A stretch of DNA of 62,711 nt, taken from assembly GCA_913051185.1 (NCBI GenBank), contig CAJXBM010000004.1:1-62711 (forward strand), read 5' to 3'. The DNA is from an uncultured Chloroflexota bacterium. GTDB taxonomy: Bacteria; Chloroflexota; Dehalococcoidia; UBA2979. The notes under the pieces are model-generated. The model saw nothing but the letters and a program-made list of their open reading frames with translations, did not search any database and was not told where the DNA came from. Below, one piece after another: positions 9,000-19,391 of this stretch. Within the stretch, counting starts at the first letter, position 1. Each line of letters begins with the position of its first letter. Position numbers and translations under genes: made by a program.

Positions 9000-10181
9000 T
9001 TAACTTCTCTGATCTAGTGGCGTAAAATAAGCGCGAAGACGATCTATGGCTTCATCGTATCTGTCGTTGCAGAAAGCTAAGCGCAAATCATGTGGAACAC
9101 CGAAATCTGTACCTGGTACGACTGCCACATGCGTCTGCTGAAGGATGTCTCTGGCCAACTCTTTGGATGATGCAAATCCATGTTCAATATTCCAGTTCTC
9201 ACACCGCAGATTCGCATAGAAACCGCCCAAGGCTGGTACAGGTTGGCAACCCGTATTCTCCAGTTGCTGAGTCGTATATTCTGCCCTTGCACGATAAACA
9301 TCTGTTAGATGTTTTGGGCTTTTCTCATCTGCGAGAGCCGCAATCATCCCGTATTGATAAGCCGGATCGGTGCACAATAACGTATGCTGCTGAATAACTC
9401 GGAGATTTGCCTGTAACTCTTCAGGCAAAATCGCAAATCCTATACGCTTTGAGTACATGCGGTAGCCCTTGGAGAAGCTATTAGTCACGATAGTGTTGTC
9501 CTTGTATTCAGGAAAGAGTTTTAAAGCTGAATGAAACTCCTCATAGAACATCGTATTGTTATAAATTTCATCATTAAGCACATATGATTTCCCCTCGACT
9601 ATCTCATAGATTGCTCTCATTTCATCAGGCGACACTATATTTCCTAACGGGTTACCTGGAGAATTAATTACCACAAGAGAGGTTTTTTCCGCAGAGTAAT
9701 TTCGTCTAAAAGAGTCCATATCAACTCTCCCCGAATCACTACTGATGTCGTAAAACTTAACTTGTGCGCCCGCTAATTTAGCACAATATAAATACAGGGC
9801 GTAATAAGGTCTTGGGATTAGTATTTCATATTCAGGTCCAGAGACTAGCTGGAAAATATTACGGAAAATCGGTGACGTCCCGGTGTTCACTATGACTTGA
9901 TCGATAGTACTATCTGCGCCATAGCGTCGGTTATAAAACTCCGAAATAGCCTGACGTAATTCTGGCAGTCCCTCCGGATATATGCGCCTTACAAAATCTC
10001 TATCATGAAGTTTTTCGACGATAGTGTCGAGCACTGGATCTGGCATCGGAAGTTCTGGAACACCTACAGTAAGCTTCAGAACATCAGCTCCCTTTGCAAT
10101 CAATTCATCAGCGAGTTCGTCGAGTACAAACATTTGAAACTCTAAATCCATTGGCATCAAGTCTCGAATAGTACGTGGCAT
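9000..10181 (-). CDS. PLP-dependent aminotransferase, class I/II (AspAT-like)
   Basis: GLPELRQAI, PYYALY, INSPGNPLG, NDEIY, NSFSKGYRM..RIGF, VVPGTDFG, LRLAF. Confidence 0.9.
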   Translation of the reverse strand: MPRTIRDLMPMDLEFQMFVLDELADELIAKGADVLKLTVGVPELPMPDPVLDTIVEKLHDRDFVRRIYPEGLPELRQAISEFYNRRYGADSTIDQVIVNTGTSPIFRNIFQLVSGPEYEILIPRPYYALYLYCAKLAGAQVKFYDISSDSGRVDMDSFRRNYSAEKTSLVVINSPGNPLGNIVSPDEMRAIYEIVEGKSYVLNDEIYNNTMFYEEFHSALKLFPEYKDNTIVTNSFSKGYRMYSKRIGFAILPEELQANLRVIQQHTLLCTDPAYQYGMIAALADEKSPKHLTDVYRARAEYTTQQLENTGCQPVPALGGFYANLRCENWNIEHGFASSKELARDILQQTHVAVVPGTDFGVPHDLRLAFCNDRYDEAIDRLRAYFTPLDQRS

Positions 10182-10518
10182 TTAGAATTCTCCTAGATTT
10201 CATTGATGATTTAACGATATTCAACCCGACAAAACTAAATCGCAGAAATTGCGCCGATCTCGTTATCCGGATCGAAAATCACAGACCACAAGTCCAAATC
10301 CAGGATCAACCTGTCTCTGAAACACAGTCAAAATGAATAACGTGAAAAATTTTAGTGACGTAACCGTAACACACCACCACAACAAATCATCATCTGATTA
10401 TGATTGATAAGCGAAAGCCTCTGGTCGAGAACTGGCTCGTTCAGACGATAAAACTGCTACATCATAGGATATTGACGTTTGGTATTATTAATAAATAATC
10501 AGATTTGACGAGGTAATT

Positions 10519-10683
10519 CTATGTGGCGCAGCAAAATAAGGGCGCACCGGTTTCATAAAGTGTTAGTGATCCCTTGGTGTATATCTCTGATAAAGCCGTC
10601 ACCTCTACTGTGCCTGTAAAATAGACGTAGCAGGCCGTCGCAACTGTCAGTGCCAAGAGTATAAATTTTTTGTACCGCATCAT
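10519..10683 (-). CDS. Small protein with N-terminal hydrophobic helix and C-terminal CC motif, hypothetical
   Basis: MMRYKKFILLALTVATACYVYF...GAPLFCCAT; directly downstream of ctaA; RBS weak. Confidence 0.4.
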   Translation of the reverse strand: MMRYKKFILLALTVATACYVYFTGTVEVTALSEIYTKGSLTLYETGAPLFCCAT

Positions 10684-10725
10684 AAAATTATAACGAATAA
10701 TCACCTGCACCAGTGGCGAATTCTG

Positions 10726-11667
10726 TTACGTGAAATTATGTGACACCTTCCTCCAGTTATATAAAGAGAAAAATACTAACAGTATCCAAAGTGTATCTGC
10801 CAAACCTAGGTGTATTATTTGAGTTTCTACTGGCGTGAGAAGGACAATATTGAATACTCCAGATAAAAACTGTAAAAAAATTACTCCGAACACCGCAAAT
10901 CCTAACGCCGATTTCTGAGCACTGGGTTCCTCTATTACTAGATACAACAATCCAATAATTGCAAACCCGCCAATAATTGCAATAAGTGGGTGAATTGCTC
11001 TCACCGACACAAGTAGTTGAGCAATTGGCGTTTCCTCCACTACTACGTGGTCAGAAAGGTAGAGTGTGTCAGCCAAAGAGTTTATGGTTCCTGTGACTGT
11101 TATAAGAATTACTATGAGCATCGCAAAAATAAGATAGCGTCGCTTCGGATTCGATTTAGCTACAAGAATTCCACCATCAGGTCTGCTTAAAAAAATAATT
11201 AGTACTAGAGATCCCAGTAGTACCAATGTATTAACCACGTGAAAGCTATCTGCAATAACTCGTCCCCAAGTCGCATTATCTTCCACCCAGCCAAATAAAA
11301 CGAGCGATGCACCCAAAAGGATTTCAACTAGCAAAATAGCCGTAGAGAAAAGAATGCTGCGCCAGACGGGGTGTTTCCTCCCAAATAAAAGGTAACCACC
11401 AATCAACAAGCCAAGATACCCGAAGCTAAGGACACTGGTTAGCATTCGATGTATGAATTCGATTGCAACATGTACATCAGCAAAGGCTGGAATTAATGTC
11501 CCATCACATTTCGGCCAGCTATCACCACAACCAGCACCGGACTCTGTGGCCTGTACTATGTCACCACTGATGATGACGGCTACTGTAAATAGGAGTATCC
11601 CCCAGAGATATATCTGAAAGTACTGAAAGGCTCTAACCGATTTACTAACTCTCGAGATTGATTCCAT
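10726..11667 (-). CDS. ctaA: Heme A synthase (COX15/CtaA)
   Basis: SGAGCGDSWPKCDG loop, IEFIHR, conserved His in SFHV, AIHP, IIHL; about 8 TM helices. Confidence 0.88.
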   Translation of the reverse strand: MESISRVSKSVRAFQYFQIYLWGILLFTVAVIISGDIVQATESGAGCGDSWPKCDGTLIPAFADVHVAIEFIHRMLTSVLSFGYLGLLIGGYLLFGRKHPVWRSILFSTAILLVEILLGASLVLFGWVEDNATWGRVIADSFHVVNTLVLLGSLVLIIFLSRPDGGILVAKSNPKRRYLIFAMLIVILITVTGTINSLADTLYLSDHVVVEETPIAQLLVSVRAIHPLIAIIGGFAIIGLLYLVIEEPSAQKSALGFAVFGVIFLQFLSGVFNIVLLTPVETQIIHLGLADTLWILLVFFSLYNWRKVSHNFT

Positions 11668-11738
11668 ATATCTAAGACTAGACCCGTATCAAGTTAGTCA
11701 GTGTATCCAATTAATCTTATATCGCTTTGTCCAAAAGC

Positions 11739-12803
11739 TCAGAGAGCTAACGCAGTCGAAAAATCAGGAATATTTTCCCATCTACCGGGGTTAGATCCTC
11801 GCATCAAAGCAATAACTTTAATAACTTCAGGATTTGCCAACCCATGGGGGGCTTCACCGCTCAACACGCGTAGAACGTTTTCAGCCTGCTTCCGAACGCC
11901 CTCCGATGATGAAACTGCCGAACCGGCGGCCACATGTGGAGTAATAATTAAATTATCCAAACCAAGCAGTGGATCTTCAGCATCAATTGGTTCCACTTCC
12001 GTGACGTCCAGCGCGGCCGCAAAAATTTGACCGTCAGTCAGAGCTACATGCAATGCTGCTGGATCCACCAATGGGCCACGTGCGCAATTAATAAGAATGG
12101 CAGATTCTTTCATAGATTTAAAAGCGTCAGAACTGAACATATGCTTAGTTTCAGACGTCGACGGAGCGTGTATTGTCACAAAATCAGACACTCGCAAGAG
12201 TTCATCTAACTCCACCAACTCAACGCCATACAAATCGGCCGAAGTTTGAGCCACATATGGGTCGTAGGCGATGACGCGAAACGGACCAAACCCCCGTATT
12301 CTCGTGGCAAAGGCTCGGCCAATAGCTCCGAAACCAACTATCCCAACTGTGCTGCCTGCAATCCTCTTTAACCCAGGAGCAAGATCGCGAACAGCCTGCG
12401 TCTGAGTGCTCCAACGTCCAGCCTTTACAGCGCTATCAAATTCTCGTATCAGTCTAGTGAGCGCTAGTAACTGGGCCATCGCATGGTCAGCTACCTCAGA
12501 GGTATTGACGCCCGGTGTGTTACAAGCAAGAATCCCAAGTCGAGTCGATGCTTCTAGATCAATGGAATCTACACCGACTCCCTGCCTGCTCACAATCTTT
12601 AGCTTAGGACAAGCTTCAAGAACCTCAGCATCTGTGAGTGGCAATGTACCAATAAGAGCCCCGTCAGCATCACGCAAAAGGTCGATGTAATCCTCTTTTT
12701 TTGTAGTCGCGCCAACTGCAACTTGAACGAGCTCCATACCAGCAGCTGTGAATATGCTTGGGTCAGCCAATTGCCGGCCGCCATTAAATACTTTGATTGC
12801 CAT
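11739..12803 (-). CDS. D-isomer-specific 2-hydroxyacid dehydrogenase (SerA/CtBP-like)
   Basis: GVGVDSIDL, VGIVGFGAIG, DFVTIHAP, LINCARG, AALDVTEVEP, IITPHVA. Confidence 0.92.
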   Translation of the reverse strand: MAIKVFNGGRQLADPSIFTAAGMELVQVAVGATTKKEDYIDLLRDADGALIGTLPLTDAEVLEACPKLKIVSRQGVGVDSIDLEASTRLGILACNTPGVNTSEVADHAMAQLLALTRLIREFDSAVKAGRWSTQTQAVRDLAPGLKRIAGSTVGIVGFGAIGRAFATRIRGFGPFRVIAYDPYVAQTSADLYGVELVELDELLRVSDFVTIHAPSTSETKHMFSSDAFKSMKESAILINCARGPLVDPAALHVALTDGQIFAAALDVTEVEPIDAEDPLLGLDNLIITPHVAAGSAVSSSEGVRKQAENVLRVLSGEAPHGLANPEVIKVIALMRGSNPGRWENIPDFSTALAL

Positions 12804-12893
12804 TTCGGCACCCCCTTAATTATTTTCAATACGACATCAAGAGTGTATACGGCTCAAGCCTGAATACAATAGTGTTCCCCATGCAGCTATAAA

Positions 12894-14165
12894 CTAGGCA
12901 TCTATGATTGCTGGGTATATAAGTGACTTAAGTTGTGGTCGAATTTGAGTGGTCGCGCGAGTTAACTGTGTCATGAAAACTACTAGTAAATCTTCTAAAG
13001 GATCTACCCAAAACGCGGTGCTTGCGGCACCTCCCCACCTAAATTCACCTACTGAGCCAATTGACTCGCTTTGAGCTACATCTAGCACCATCGAAAACCC
13101 AAGTCCAAAACCATGACCAGGGGAGCGAAGACTCAAACTCTTCTTCTTTTCGCGATCCTGCATTGTTCCGCCATCAGTTAAATGATTCATAGTCATCAAG
13201 TCGAGAGTTTTAGAAGATATAATTCTCGTGCCTTCGAGTTCGCCCTTGTTCAGAAGCATCTGCGCAAAACGGAGATAATCCGCCATTGTCGAAATAAGTC
13301 CACCGGCACCTGAAAAATAACTAATCGGACCAAAAAAACCACTATCTGTAGCTGAATCAAAAAGCTCGAGTTTGCCGTCTAGTCCATGCGTATAATTTGA
13401 TGTGAGACGAGAAGCCTTACTTGGATCTACCTCAAACGAGGTATCGTTCATCCCTAACGGATCAAATATCTCATCCTTGAGAAACGCATCAAATTTTCGA
13501 TCTGAAATCACTTCGACTAGGTAACCACAAATATCGGTCGATATCGAGTAATTCCAATAATCACCGGGAGAAAAAGCGAGCGGAACGCTCGATAGAGCGT
13601 TAATCGTATCTTTTAGAGTAAGACCCTTAGTCTGGAACCAATCAGGACCTAGACCAATGTCACGATAGGCTTGTTCAATCTCGGGATAATTTCCTGAAGC
13701 GCCAAAGCTTCCTGCTGCAATTCCACTCTGATGAGTGAGTAAATCAGAAATTGTCATCTCTCTGTCACAGGGTTTAGTTTCCCAATTAGGATATTTTCCA
13801 CCAACATATACCTCGAGATTTTTCCACTCTGGAATAAATTTTGAGACTGGATCGCTGAGTTGAAACAACCCATCTTCGTAAAGATTCATTAAGGCTACTG
13901 AGGTAATAGGCTTAGACATCGAATAGATGCGAAATAAATCATCTTCCCGCATCGACCGATCCTGTTCCATATCAGCCTTACCTAAAACAGACAGATGCGC
14001 GACTTCTCCGTGGCGAGCAACCGCTATCATACAGCCCGCCAATCGACCCGCATCGATATATTCGCTCTGGAAAAAATTACTGAGCTTACTCAGCTGTGAA
14101 CTCGATAATCCAACGCTCTCAGGAGCCACCACTTGAATTTTTTCATTCATCTTAAATATTTCCAT
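12894..14165 (-). CDS. Serine hydrolase, beta-lactamase/esterase family VIII fold
   Basis: FRIYSMSK (SxxK), LLTHQSG, WNYS, FRWGGAASTAFWVDP; alternative start 14150. Confidence 0.9.
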   Translation of the reverse strand: MEIFKMNEKIQVVAPESVGLSSSQLSKLSNFFQSEYIDAGRLAGCMIAVARHGEVAHLSVLGKADMEQDRSMREDDLFRIYSMSKPITSVALMNLYEDGLFQLSDPVSKFIPEWKNLEVYVGGKYPNWETKPCDREMTISDLLTHQSGIAAGSFGASGNYPEIEQAYRDIGLGPDWFQTKGLTLKDTINALSSVPLAFSPGDYWNYSISTDICGYLVEVISDRKFDAFLKDEIFDPLGMNDTSFEVDPSKASRLTSNYTHGLDGKLELFDSATDSGFFGPISYFSGAGGLISTMADYLRFAQMLLNKGELEGTRIISSKTLDLMTMNHLTDGGTMQDREKKKSLSLRSPGHGFGLGFSMVLDVAQSESIGSVGEFRWGGAASTAFWVDPLEDLLVVFMTQLTRATTQIRPQLKSLIYPAIIDA

Positions 14166-14214
14166 TTCTATTAAAATTTAGATGTTAGTATCCAAGACTA
14201 ACGGAGACTTGCAT

Positions 14215-15060
14215 ATGCCTGATTCACAATTTGAACTCGACCACGTAGTGATAAATGTTCGCGCCGATATAGATGAAGCCGCAGAAATTTTTGCTCAGCT
14301 AGGTTTCGCAATCACGCCCAAAGGCTATCACACCTTGGGATCAGTCAATCATCTTGCGATGTTCGATACCAATTATCTTGAGTTGATTGGAGTCCCTGAG
14401 GAGAACCAAAAAAAACGGGCAGATATGATGGTGGCTCCGCTGGGTATCGATGGTCTTGTGTTTAAGTCTGAAGACGTGGATGAGACCTACAAACTACTTC
14501 AAAGTCTGAATATGGATGGCGATCCACCGAAGGCATTTAGTAGACCAGTTGCACTAGAAGATAGTGTCCAAGATGCTCGATTTAGGACAGTAACAGTGCA
14601 GTCTGAAGTATTCCCAGCGGGCCGCGTATATTTCTGTGAACACGGAACACCAGATTTAGTCTGGAGGCCAGAATGGCAAGACCATGTCAATCAGACTGTT
14701 CATGCTGAAGAGATGGTGATAGTGAGTCAGAACGCAGAGAAAACAGCTGAGGACTATGGCAAACTCGTTCAGGGCGATGTGCAGCATCAAGAATTAGGCT
14801 CTTACCACATTAACTTAATCAACTCGCGCCTAACCATATACTCAACCGACATGTATGTCGCAAAATATGGTGATCTTGCCACGTCAGTAGGTGATAGATC
14901 GACAATTTTTGGAGCGTTGCGCTTCATTGTTAGTGATTTGGGTGCAATTAAGAATCTAGTTCTCAATTTATCCGCTCAAGTAGCAAGCGTAGAAAACAAT
15001 CAAAGTCTCTGTGTGCGACTTAACGCGTTCGACACACTCATAGAATTCATTGAACAATAA
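14215..15060 (+). CDS. VOC/glyoxalase-like family protein
   Basis: LDHVVI..LGF..G.HTLGSVNHL..YLELIG pattern; GGAG RBS before ATG 14215. Confidence 0.75.
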   Translation: MPDSQFELDHVVINVRADIDEAAEIFAQLGFAITPKGYHTLGSVNHLAMFDTNYLELIGVPEENQKKRADMMVAPLGIDGLVFKSEDVDETYKLLQSLNMDGDPPKAFSRPVALEDSVQDARFRTVTVQSEVFPAGRVYFCEHGTPDLVWRPEWQDHVNQTVHAEEMVIVSQNAEKTAEDYGKLVQGDVQHQELGSYHINLINSRLTIYSTDMYVAKYGDLATSVGDRSTIFGALRFIVSDLGAIKNLVLNLSAQVASVENNQSLCVRLNAFDTLIEFIEQ

Positions 15061-15128
15061 TCAGAATTAGGTCTCCCAGTCCAACTCCAACACAATAATT
15101 AACTCATTCAAAAAAAGATTGGAATAAC

Positions 15129-16826
15129 GTGCACTTAGCCATAAAAAACGCCAATATTATTACCCTCGATGAGAATATCCCAAGAGCGTCAGCAATATTA
15201 ATTCTCAATGGCACGATTGCAGCAATAGGTGATGACTCAATTGTCGAAGAGATGACTATCCCCAATTTAGTCCACATCGATGCTGCCGGAAAAACTATTG
15301 TTCCAGGTTTCGTAGAATCCCACACTCACCCACTGATGACAGGTATCCGGATGAATTCTGGCGTGAACTGTGGCTCACCGCCGAGCAGAACAATTACCGA
15401 CCTGATAGCTCTAATGACTAAATTTGCAGAATCTAAAAATTCTGAGGTAATCCAAGGCCATTCATACGATGATTCTCTAATCCAAGACAACCGTCACCTC
15501 ACACGATTCGATCTCGATGAAGTGTCAACTACACGGCCAGTTATAGTCACACATATATCAGGACATTTAGCATATGGAAATAGTGTGGCCTTGAAAATGG
15601 CGGGAGTCTCAGCTGATAGCTTAGACCCTGACGGCGGTGTAATTGATAGAAATGAAAGTGGGGATCCTACTGGGGTCTTTTACGAGTCAGCTACACGGCT
15701 TATTCTTCGACTGGCTGGATCGCCTAATGTTAACGAGTGCATAGCGGGGCTGGAATGGGCTGGTAAACGGCTCGTCCAGACAGGTGTTACAACAATACAT
15801 GACGTCGGTAGCGGACATCATGAAACCTCTTTTAGAGCTTACGATCTCGCTGGGAAAAGTGGTAAATTCCCTGTTCGAACCTATTTAGCAGCAAGTTATG
15901 GCGGATTAGCCGGAAGATATGGTGAGTTGGAAGCCGTACCGACATTGGCACGAACAGGACTTACCACTGGTTTTGGGTCTGAACAGTTAAAAGCAGGCAT
16001 CCTGAAGATAGTCCATGATGGATCCTTGCAAGGACACTCGGGAGCACTTACAGAGGGTTACCACGACCACGATACGGAGACAGGCATTCAAATCTGGAGT
16101 CAAGAGACCCTCAATGAAGTCACTGAGCAAGCGCTCCTAGCTGGCTGGCAGGTAGGGACCCATGGCAACGGTGATCGGGCTATAGATTCAATTTTAGATG
16201 CGTATGAACGAGCATTAGAGCGACACCCAACACAAGACCATCGATTTCGAATCGAACACTGCCAGACCGTACGTGAGGATCAGCTAGATCGCATGGCAGA
16301 GCTCAATATCGCAGCCTCCTTCTTCAATTTGCACGTTTACTATTGGGGAGACAGACACAGAGATCGCTTCTTAGGACCAGACCGAGGAGAAAGAATTTCT
16401 CCTCTGAAAGGAGCTGTCGACCGTGGCATATTGTTCGGCTGTCATTCTGACTGGTGGGTCACCCCAGTTGACCCCATATTCAACGTGCATGTCGCAGTGA
16501 ACCGGCAGACGCGTGGCGGTGAGGAGTTAGGCCCTGAATTTGTGATAGATCCAGAAACAGCTCTCCGATCGATGACTCTCGATGCGGCAGCCTTAGGTTT
16601 CGAAGAACAAATTAAGGGGAGCCTTTCTGTTGGCAAGCTGGGGGATCTTGTTGTGCTATCCGATGATCCTCTTGCCATCAATCCAGCCAATATAGACCAA
16701 ATAGAGATCGAGAAAACAGTGATTAACGGCGAAATTGTCTACGATCGTGAAATTGAAGGTGGTTCGAGAAAAGACGAGCGAAATGCGAGAAATCCGGACT
16801 TAGAAACGTCTTTTATCAGTCACTAA
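15129..16826 (+). CDS. Amidohydrolase family 3 (YtcJ-like)
   Basis: PGFVESHTH, HISGH, LKIVHDGSLQG, HGNGDRA, RFRIEH, GSLSVGKLGDLVVL. Confidence 0.9.
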   Translation: MHLAIKNANIITLDENIPRASAILILNGTIAAIGDDSIVEEMTIPNLVHIDAAGKTIVPGFVESHTHPLMTGIRMNSGVNCGSPPSRTITDLIALMTKFAESKNSEVIQGHSYDDSLIQDNRHLTRFDLDEVSTTRPVIVTHISGHLAYGNSVALKMAGVSADSLDPDGGVIDRNESGDPTGVFYESATRLILRLAGSPNVNECIAGLEWAGKRLVQTGVTTIHDVGSGHHETSFRAYDLAGKSGKFPVRTYLAASYGGLAGRYGELEAVPTLARTGLTTGFGSEQLKAGILKIVHDGSLQGHSGALTEGYHDHDTETGIQIWSQETLNEVTEQALLAGWQVGTHGNGDRAIDSILDAYERALERHPTQDHRFRIEHCQTVREDQLDRMAELNIAASFFNLHVYYWGDRHRDRFLGPDRGERISPLKGAVDRGILFGCHSDWWVTPVDPIFNVHVAVNRQTRGGEELGPEFVIDPETALRSMTLDAAALGFEEQIKGSLSVGKLGDLVVLSDDPLAINPANIDQIEIEKTVINGEIVYDREIEGGSRKDERNARNPDLETSFISH

Positions 16827-16855
16827 AACGAGGCTTTAAATTAGATAGTGAGAAC

Positions 16856-17761
16856 TTACTTATATCTAGGGAGCACACTCGCCAGGATCTCGAGCTGACC
16901 GGAAATATCCTCGCAGCCAAAGCGTATACACAGGTGCTCAACACCCGCAGATACAAATTCATCGAGCCAGCCGACTACCTTTTCCACTGAGCCTGCAATC
17001 GACCCCTGAGCCCTACTAATTTGTTCATATGGCACACCGTAATAAAGCTCCGAATGCTCAGCTAATTGAGCCTGAGCTTGATCTGCTTCACCAAATACCA
17101 CAGTAAGATAGGCACTAGCGGTTATTGAATCAGATGATCGACCGGCATCGTCAGCGGCCTGCCTGACCGACATGAGGCCACTTCTAAACGCCTCTGGTGA
17201 TGTAGCGAGAGGAAACCAGCCATCAAACAGACGGCCCGTGCGCTCTAAGGTTCTTGGGCCGGCCCCACCCATCCAAATTGGGGGACCATCCGAATTATGA
17301 GTTAGAGGATACATCTGTTCTTTATCACCACGCCAAAGAGATCTAATCCGCTCAGCAACTTTTACTGACTGACTGGCACGTTTTGCGAAATCCATCTCTG
17401 TGAGATCAAAATCCGTACGTACCCCGGGAGTATCTGGTCCACCACCAATCCCTAAGATGAATCGGCCACCAGAAAGAGCATCGAGCGTGGCTGTCGATTG
17501 AGCAAGTTGCTCAGCGTTGCGAAGAGCCGGTAATAAAACAGCCGTTCCAAGCTCTACTTTCTTAGTCCTTACAGCAACGGCCGAGAGTAATGCCAATGGC
17601 TCTGACCGCGGCCGAGCAAGTAGCGAATCTCCAGCCCAGACCGAATCAAATCCCATCTCTTCAGCTTTAACCGCCAAATCAACAAGCGGTCTCGGATTAC
17701 CTGATTTATCACCATAAAAAACGGCTTCTCGAGTAGGGAGCAATATGCCAATCTTCGTCAT
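16856..17761 (-). CDS. LLM-class flavin-dependent oxidoreductase
   Basis: AEEMGFDSVWAGD, VELGTAV, LDALSGGRFILGIG, PPIWMGG, DGW; start moved to ATG 17761. Confidence 0.88.
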   Translation of the reverse strand: MTKIGILLPTREAVFYGDKSGNPRPLVDLAVKAEEMGFDSVWAGDSLLARPRSEPLALLSAVAVRTKKVELGTAVLLPALRNAEQLAQSTATLDALSGGRFILGIGGGPDTPGVRTDFDLTEMDFAKRASQSVKVAERIRSLWRGDKEQMYPLTHNSDGPPIWMGGAGPRTLERTGRLFDGWFPLATSPEAFRSGLMSVRQAADDAGRSSDSITASAYLTVVFGEADQAQAQLAEHSELYYGVPYEQISRAQGSIAGSVEKVVGWLDEFVSAGVEHLCIRFGCEDISGQLEILASVLPRYK

Positions 17762-17842
17762 GAAATTTCCAATCCTGTTGAAATTAATTGCAGGCAAATT
17801 TCGTAACCAGCTCAGCAACAAATATTCAAATAGTTGAGTATC

Positions 17843-18283
17843 CTACGCTTTTCGTGCGGCGATTTGATTTTTTAGTCCTTGCAGATTCCTTCGCCATATA
17901 GCCTGTAATATAGGCTTTGCAAACACTTCACCAATTCGACCACCAAATAACCAAGGAAGCTTTAAATCTTCAACCCAAGAGAAACGAGTGCCTTCGGGAA
18001 TCGGTTCTAGATTAAATTGTCCCTCGCCACTCACCAGTCCCTGGTGTCTCACGCCCATTAGCCGATTATCTTCCCAACCTACAATTTCCATCTTATCCAT
18101 AGTTTTGAGCGGACCGACCCCTGTCAGGCAATCAAAAGTGGTTCCAACACCTTCAGTTTTTTCCGATGTAAGGGTGATACTTAACGCATCATGCATCCAG
18201 TCAGTGTGTGACCGTACATCCGCAAGATAATTCCACACCTGTTCCGGTGTATCAGGTAAATCAACTGTTACATGAATATACAT
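17843..18283 (-). CDS. SRPBCC/polyketide cyclase family protein
   Basis: PEQVWNYLAD..W, GVGTTF, C-terminal helix NLQGLK. Confidence 0.78.
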   Translation of the reverse strand: MYIHVTVDLPDTPEQVWNYLADVRSHTDWMHDALSITLTSEKTEGVGTTFDCLTGVGPLKTMDKMEIVGWEDNRLMGVRHQGLVSGEGQFNLEPIPEGTRFSWVEDLKLPWLFGGRIGEVFAKPILQAIWRRNLQGLKNQIAARKA

Positions 18284-18314
18284 ATGTTCTCCTTAACTTC
18301 AGCGACGGACCTAT

Positions 18315-19391
18315 CTAGTCGCTAATGAATCCATCCCATCCACGCATATACTCAACAAACTTATTTGATAATCCCTCATTCTGTAGATGACTCTTAGTTA
18401 CCGGCAATTGCACTGGCATAAAATTTTCATCATTTAGATGTAAGTTGGGAAAATTGTGATGAAGTATTGCCGCTCGGCCGAGCATTATCCAGTCAACTCC
18501 TTGCGACATTATTGTCTCAGCTTCGCTCGGATTCGTAATTTTGCCAGCAACGCCGAGCTTCACATTACCTCTCTCAAGTTCCGCAAAATGAGCCAGCAAA
18601 GTTTTTCCTTGAAAATCCTCTTCGTTCGGTTCCTTAAACACATCCCACAGAGACATATCTAAAAAATCAATGTCACCTTCGTTCATCAGATTTTGTGCCA
18701 AATCTTTAATTTCTGACAGTTGCATACCAAATCTTTCTGGCGAAAGCCTAACTCCCAGCACGAATGTAGCTGCACAGGAAGCGCGAATTCCTTCAATTAT
18801 TTCTCGTAACAGCCTACTTCTATTCGCAAATTCTCCACCATATTGGTCTTTCCGTTGATTAATTTCACTGCTTAAGAATTGACAAAGAATATAGCCGTGG
18901 GCTCCGTGCAGCTCTACACCGTCAAAGCCAGCTTTTTCGGCACGAATGGCTGCTTGTATGAAATCATCCCTAAGCTGATAGACCTCATCCAATGTCATAC
19001 CTCGTGCACCATCTCGCTCGTTATCCGATGGACACACTGGTCGCTCCCCTATGAGAGCTTCCGGTGAGCGCATACCGGCGTGATGTAACTGAACAATCGC
19101 AACACTGTCATGTGACTTGATTTCAGTTGCAAGTCTAGTTAATCCTGGTAAATGCCGATCTGAAAATATTCCCATCTGCCCAGGAAATCCTCTCCCGATT
19201 TCCTGCACGTGTGCCGCACATGTCATAGTGAGGCCGAATCCACCCCTTGCACGCATAGTCAACCAATGAAATTCTTCCTCGGACATGGTTCCATCATCAT
19301 TACTCTGACAATTAGTGAGAGGAGCCAACATAAATCGATTTTTCATATCTGTGCCGTGATTGAGATTTAGCGAACTAAACAAATGACTCAT
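18315..19391 (-). CDS. NADH:flavin oxidoreductase (Old Yellow Enzyme family)
   Basis: NRFMLAPLT, RARGGFGL, QLHHAG, GFDGVELHGAHGYI, DQYGGEFANRSR; AAGGA before ATG 19391. Confidence 0.93.
   Translation of the reverse strand: MSHLFSSLNLNHGTDMKNRFMLAPLTNCQSNDDGTMSEEEFHWLTMRARGGFGLTMTCAAHVQEIGRGFPGQMGIFSDRHLPGLTRLATEIKSHDSVAIVQLHHAGMRSPEALIGERPVCPSDNERDGARGMTLDEVYQLRDDFIQAAIRAEKAGFDGVELHGAHGYILCQFLSSEINQRKDQYGGEFANRSRLLREIIEGIRASCAATFVLGVRLSPERFGMQLSEIKDLAQNLMNEGDIDFLDMSLWDVFKEPNEEDFQGKTLLAHFAELERGNVKLGVAGKITNPSEAETIMSQGVDWIMLGRAAILHHNFPNLHLNDENFMPVQLPVTKSHLQNEGLSNKFVEYMRGWDGFISD

Noticed and set aside
10182-10518. Riboswitch or leader peptide upstream of the aminotransferase-LicD cluster
   Set aside because: No recognisable aptamer consensus; only short unconvincing ORFs
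12894-14165. Beta-lactam resistance gene
   Set aside because: SxxK fold only; no signal peptide, and features match cytoplasmic family VIII esterase-like hydrolases
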